Below, in pieces: positions 61,178 through 64,000 of a stretch of DNA of 64,000 nucleotides. Both the position numbers and the translations under genes were made by a program. Origin of the DNA: a candidate division WOR-3 bacterium (GTDB taxonomy: Bacteria > Hydrothermota > Tepidihabitantia > Tepidihabitantales > Tepidihabitantaceae); assembly GCA_965648905.1 (NCBI GenBank), contig CBFGIT010000017.1, positions 1 to 64,000 of the forward strand. Direction: 5' to 3'. Positions within the stretch are counted from its first letter, which is position 1; every line of letters starts with the position of its first letter. Under the pieces are notes generated by a model that was not told where the DNA came from, searched no databases, and worked only from the letters and a program-made list of their open reading frames with translations.

Positions 61178-63796
61178 TTATCTCAAGAGAACAATTCCGG
61201 TCACGGTCTTTGGTCCGAGTACGAAGTACACCCCGGGTGCGAGGTGGGACACATCATTCGCGCCGGGCAGAAGGTCCATCACCTTGCGGCCGGCGGAAGT
61301 GATGAGCGAGTGACTAGTAGTCGGCGAGGCATGCAGCCGCAGGACTCCGCGGACGATACTGGCGTTAGGCGCGCTGCGTCTGGAATCAGTCATGCTGTGT
61401 GTCTCTTCCACTCCGGTTGGCAACCTTGGCAGGCACGCGGTCATGCGCGAATTGGCCCGGAACATTGGCCAGGGCAGACGCTCAGGCGCGTACGGCACGC
61501 CCAGATTCCACAGATAGATATCGGTCGAGTACATCCAGTAAGCGTTTGAGGATATGGCGCAGTCGAGCAGGCCGTCTTGGTCAACATCGGCAAGAACCGG
61601 CGAGCCGGTAATGCCATAGCCGTAGATGTAACGCAGCAGCTTGGGCCAGCCGGCAAGCTCGTTTCCCTGCCGGCTCCACGCATACAGCTTCTCGAAGCCC
61701 TCGCTGACGCTCTCAAATCCCATCAGGATGTCCGGGAAGCTATCTGCGTCCACGTCGCCGATGACCGGCGCGTTGAACTGGCGGAAGACCTGACCCGAGA
61801 GGCCCTTGGGCCAGCCGGGCAGACTTGTGCCGTCATAGCGGAACACCGAGACCGTCGAGTTGGTCGGGAAAGTAGCACTGACTACCACGATTTCGGCCCG
61901 GCCATCGTTGTCAATGTCGCCGAGCACCGGTGAGTCGGCATAGGAGCCGGGAAGGGTCTTCGGGAATCCGGAGAGGACCCTGCCGCTGTCATTGATGCAG
62001 AACAGCCTTGTGCCGATAGTGAAGACAATCTCTGCTCGGTTGTCGGCATTGATGTCGCCGGCAACCGGGAATGTCGTCCCGCCGGTTCCACCAAAGCCTT
62101 TGGGCCAGCCGGAGACGACACTGCCGTCGGCCTTGAAGACATAGACGCTGTCTTTGCGCAGAGAAACAAGCTCTGGTGTGCGGTCGCCGTCGAGGTCAAC
62201 CAGGGCAGGCGAGGAGAACTCGTCCGGAAGCGGCCAGCCCTCGAGCGCATCGCCGGCCGCATCCCATGCCGACAGATAACCGCCGCCGGAGAAGACCTCA
62301 AGCAGCGAGTCGCCATCGATGTCGGCGAGCGCGGGGATGCCGTGGTAATAGAGGCTGCCCGGATGGCCGCCGTTCTGAGGCCAGCCGTTCATGATTGTCC
62401 CGTTGCCCCAGATGAGATAGACGTCGCTCCGGTTCAGGTCGAACCCGGTGGCAATCTCACTCGGGCCGGTTCGGTTCACGTTGCCGGTTGCCGCCGGCAT
62501 CTGGCACAGGCCGATGCCCGCAACCGGAAACCCGGGCATCACGTTGCCGTCATACGACCAGGCAGCCAGCTTGTTGTTCTGGAAGTCCTGATGGTCGGTG
62601 CCGGCGATGAGCTCCAAATTTCCGTCCCCGGCGATGTCGGCGCAGGTCACCGGCGAGACGTTGGCAAAAGTTTTAGGCCAGCCTCGCGCAATCTGTGGGT
62701 CAATGCCGACAACGACAACGTGACCCGTGTCGATGCCCGACCCGAAGAACGCTTTGACTCGCAGGCTGTACGGCCCAGACTGACTGATGCCGGAAAGGTC
62801 CCAAACCGTGAGGGTATCGCGGTAGACCGGCACGGTTCTGGTCGGGCCGGCAGGCAGCCAGCCAGTTGGCTGCATTCCCTGGCCGTATTCGAGACGGAAA
62901 CTGTCAAGCTCGGAGCCTGTGATTGTGCCGATGACCGCCGTATTGTACCAGGTCGGCAGCACGTCCCAGCAGGCCGGCCGGTCGATTGCAATGGCGGCTG
63001 GGCCCGAATCCGGGTGAAAGGTATAGATTTGCTTTGTCCGCCAGTCCGAGTTGACCATTCTTGTTCCCCGGAACTCAAGTCCGGTCGGCATCGGCCCGGG
63101 CGTGCCGGTGGCTTTCGTAACTGCGCCGGTAACTGGATTCATGCCATAGGCGATGCCAGCGTCCATGTCGCACACCCAGAGCCGCGTCCCGTCCCACGCC
63201 ATATCGGCAACCATCCGGCACGGCGCGGCAAAGCTGTCAAGGCGTGCGCCATTGGCCGGATTGAGCTTGAAGATGAAGCTCGGCCGGGCCTGGTTTGAGT
63301 TGATGTCAGCACACCAGAGATAGGTTCCGTCAAAGGCGAGGCCAACCGGGTTGGAACCCGGGGCCGGGAACTGCCGTACAACGCCGCCCGAACCCGGGTC
63401 GACCCGGTAGATGGTGCTGGCGTTATTGCCAGCCACCCAGAGACAGGCTCCATCCCAGCAAAGGCCCTTGCTCCACTCGTCTGGCGCAAAGAACGACGTG
63501 CGCACCGTGCCTGAGTCCGGGTCGAGCGCGTAGATTAGCCGGGCGCGCAGGTCCACGTGCCAAAGATTCGTGCCGTCCCAGGCAAGGCCGAACGGCGTCG
63601 TATCGGGCGAAGGAAAGGAATCGATGCCCAGAAGGGCCAAAGGCAAGTTCGAAGTTCGAAATCCGAAGTTCGAATGAACGGGAGGAAGGAAATGCGGCCC
63701 AGTCCGGATAAGACGCGGCACACCAAGGTCAGTGACGTTGACATTGCCGGCCAGCGTTACGCCGGCCAGGACGAAAACGACGACAGTCTTCTTCAA
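61178..63796 (-). CDS. Exported protein with GLAWDG-type propeller + FG-GAP repeats and short tail
   Basis: GGAGG + TTG start; PFGLAWDG repeats, ADIDGD/GDIDNDG with GWP/GFP repeats; tail PGANDVSHLAPGVYF. Confidence 0.8.
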   Translation of the reverse strand: MKKTVVVFVLAGVTLAGNVNVTDLGVPRLIRTGPHFLPPVHSNFGFRTSNLPLALLGIDSFPSPDTTPFGLAWDGTNLWHVDLRARLIYALDPDSGTVRTSFFAPDEWSKGLCWDGACLWVAGNNASTIYRVDPGSGGVVRQFPAPGSNPVGLAFDGTYLWCADINSNQARPSFIFKLNPANGARLDSFAAPCRMVADMAWDGTRLWVCDMDAGIAYGMNPVTGAVTKATGTPGPMPTGLEFRGTRMVNSDWRTKQIYTFHPDSGPAAIAIDRPACWDVLPTWYNTAVIGTITGSELDSFRLEYGQGMQPTGWLPAGPTRTVPVYRDTLTVWDLSGISQSGPYSLRVKAFFGSGIDTGHVVVVGIDPQIARGWPKTFANVSPVTCADIAGDGNLELIAGTDHQDFQNNKLAAWSYDGNVMPGFPVAGIGLCQMPAATGNVNRTGPSEIATGFDLNRSDVYLIWGNGTIMNGWPQNGGHPGSLYYHGIPALADIDGDSLLEVFSGGGYLSAWDAAGDALEGWPLPDEFSSPALVDLDGDRTPELVSLRKDSVYVFKADGSVVSGWPKGFGGTGGTTFPVAGDINADNRAEIVFTIGTRLFCINDSGRVLSGFPKTLPGSYADSPVLGDIDNDGRAEIVVVSATFPTNSTVSVFRYDGTSLPGWPKGLSGQVFRQFNAPVIGDVDADSFPDILMGFESVSEGFEKLYAWSRQGNELAGWPKLLRYIYGYGITGSPVLADVDQDGLLDCAISSNAYWMYSTDIYLWNLGVPYAPERLPWPMFRANSRMTACLPRLPTGVEETHSMTDSRRSAPNASIVRGVLRLHASPTTSHSLITSAGRKVMDLLPGANDVSHLAPGVYFVLGPKTVTGIVLLR

Positions 63797-63818
63797 CGAG
63801 TCCTCCAGTGATTGCATC

Positions 63819-63846
63819 ATGCTAGCACCGGCGTGTCAGATGTCAA
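63819..63846 (-). promoter_or_regulatory. sigma70-type promoter of the three-gene exported-protein operon
   Basis: TTGACA-N16-TAGCAT on the minus strand. Confidence 0.6.
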
Positions 63847-63865
63847 ACTGCCCTTGCCAGCCAGC

Positions 63866-64000
63866 TCATTCGTTGGGCGGATTCTGCTGTCGGTGTCTGG
63901 CACGGATGTCTACTGCCCGCTGCCGGGCAGTGTTGGCCTGGTCTGGGTGCCCGGTCTTTTCGTAGAGCACTGCCATCTTGTCGAGCACGTCGGCAACGTC
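63866..64000 (-). CDS. C-terminal end of a tetratricopeptide repeat protein (partial)
   Basis: Minus frame reads DVADVLDKMAVLYEKTGHPDQANTARQRAVDIR..., a kinesin-light-chain-like TPR; stop at 63866. Confidence 0.65.
   Translation of the reverse strand, partial: DVADVLDKMAVLYEKTGHPDQANTARQRAVDIRARHRQQNPPNE

Overview
GC-rich bacterial chromosomal window, probably from an anaerobic, peptide-fermenting diderm. The many T9SS/FlgD-like C-terminal tails suggest an FCB-related candidate lineage such as WOR-3 (inference only). Housekeeping blocks: rpsO-pnp-M16 peptidase-aminotransferase-GT4-MFS-two M29 aminopeptidases; fabH; a 2-oxoacid:ferredoxin oxidoreductase operon with degP; rpmF-plsX; cyclophilin; radC-folE2-GATase-HU-mtnA. 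These alternate with about 14 genes for exported proteins with a C-terminal sorting-like tail. Main points of interest: (1) an exported Omp28/thioredoxin-fold gene whose full frame contains an in-frame TGA in a UxxC motif followed by a SECIS-like hairpin (probable selenoprotein, truncated in the ORF track). (2) A cassette-like array of Cys-rich YVTN beta-propeller genes with shared signal peptides, mosaic tails with identical DNA blocks and hypervariable blade loops; one copy is split by an ISH6-type IS. (3) An FG-GAP-sensor / sigma54 two-component module with a visible -24/-12 promoter and paired enhancer palindromes, sitting inside that array. (4) A structured ~180-nt RNA behind a perfect consensus promoter. 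(5) A lipoprotein with a putative Cys-Gln thioester domain. (6) In-frame heptamer runs and palindromic inserts at fixed slots of the tails. No rRNA, tRNA or CRISPR array was seen.
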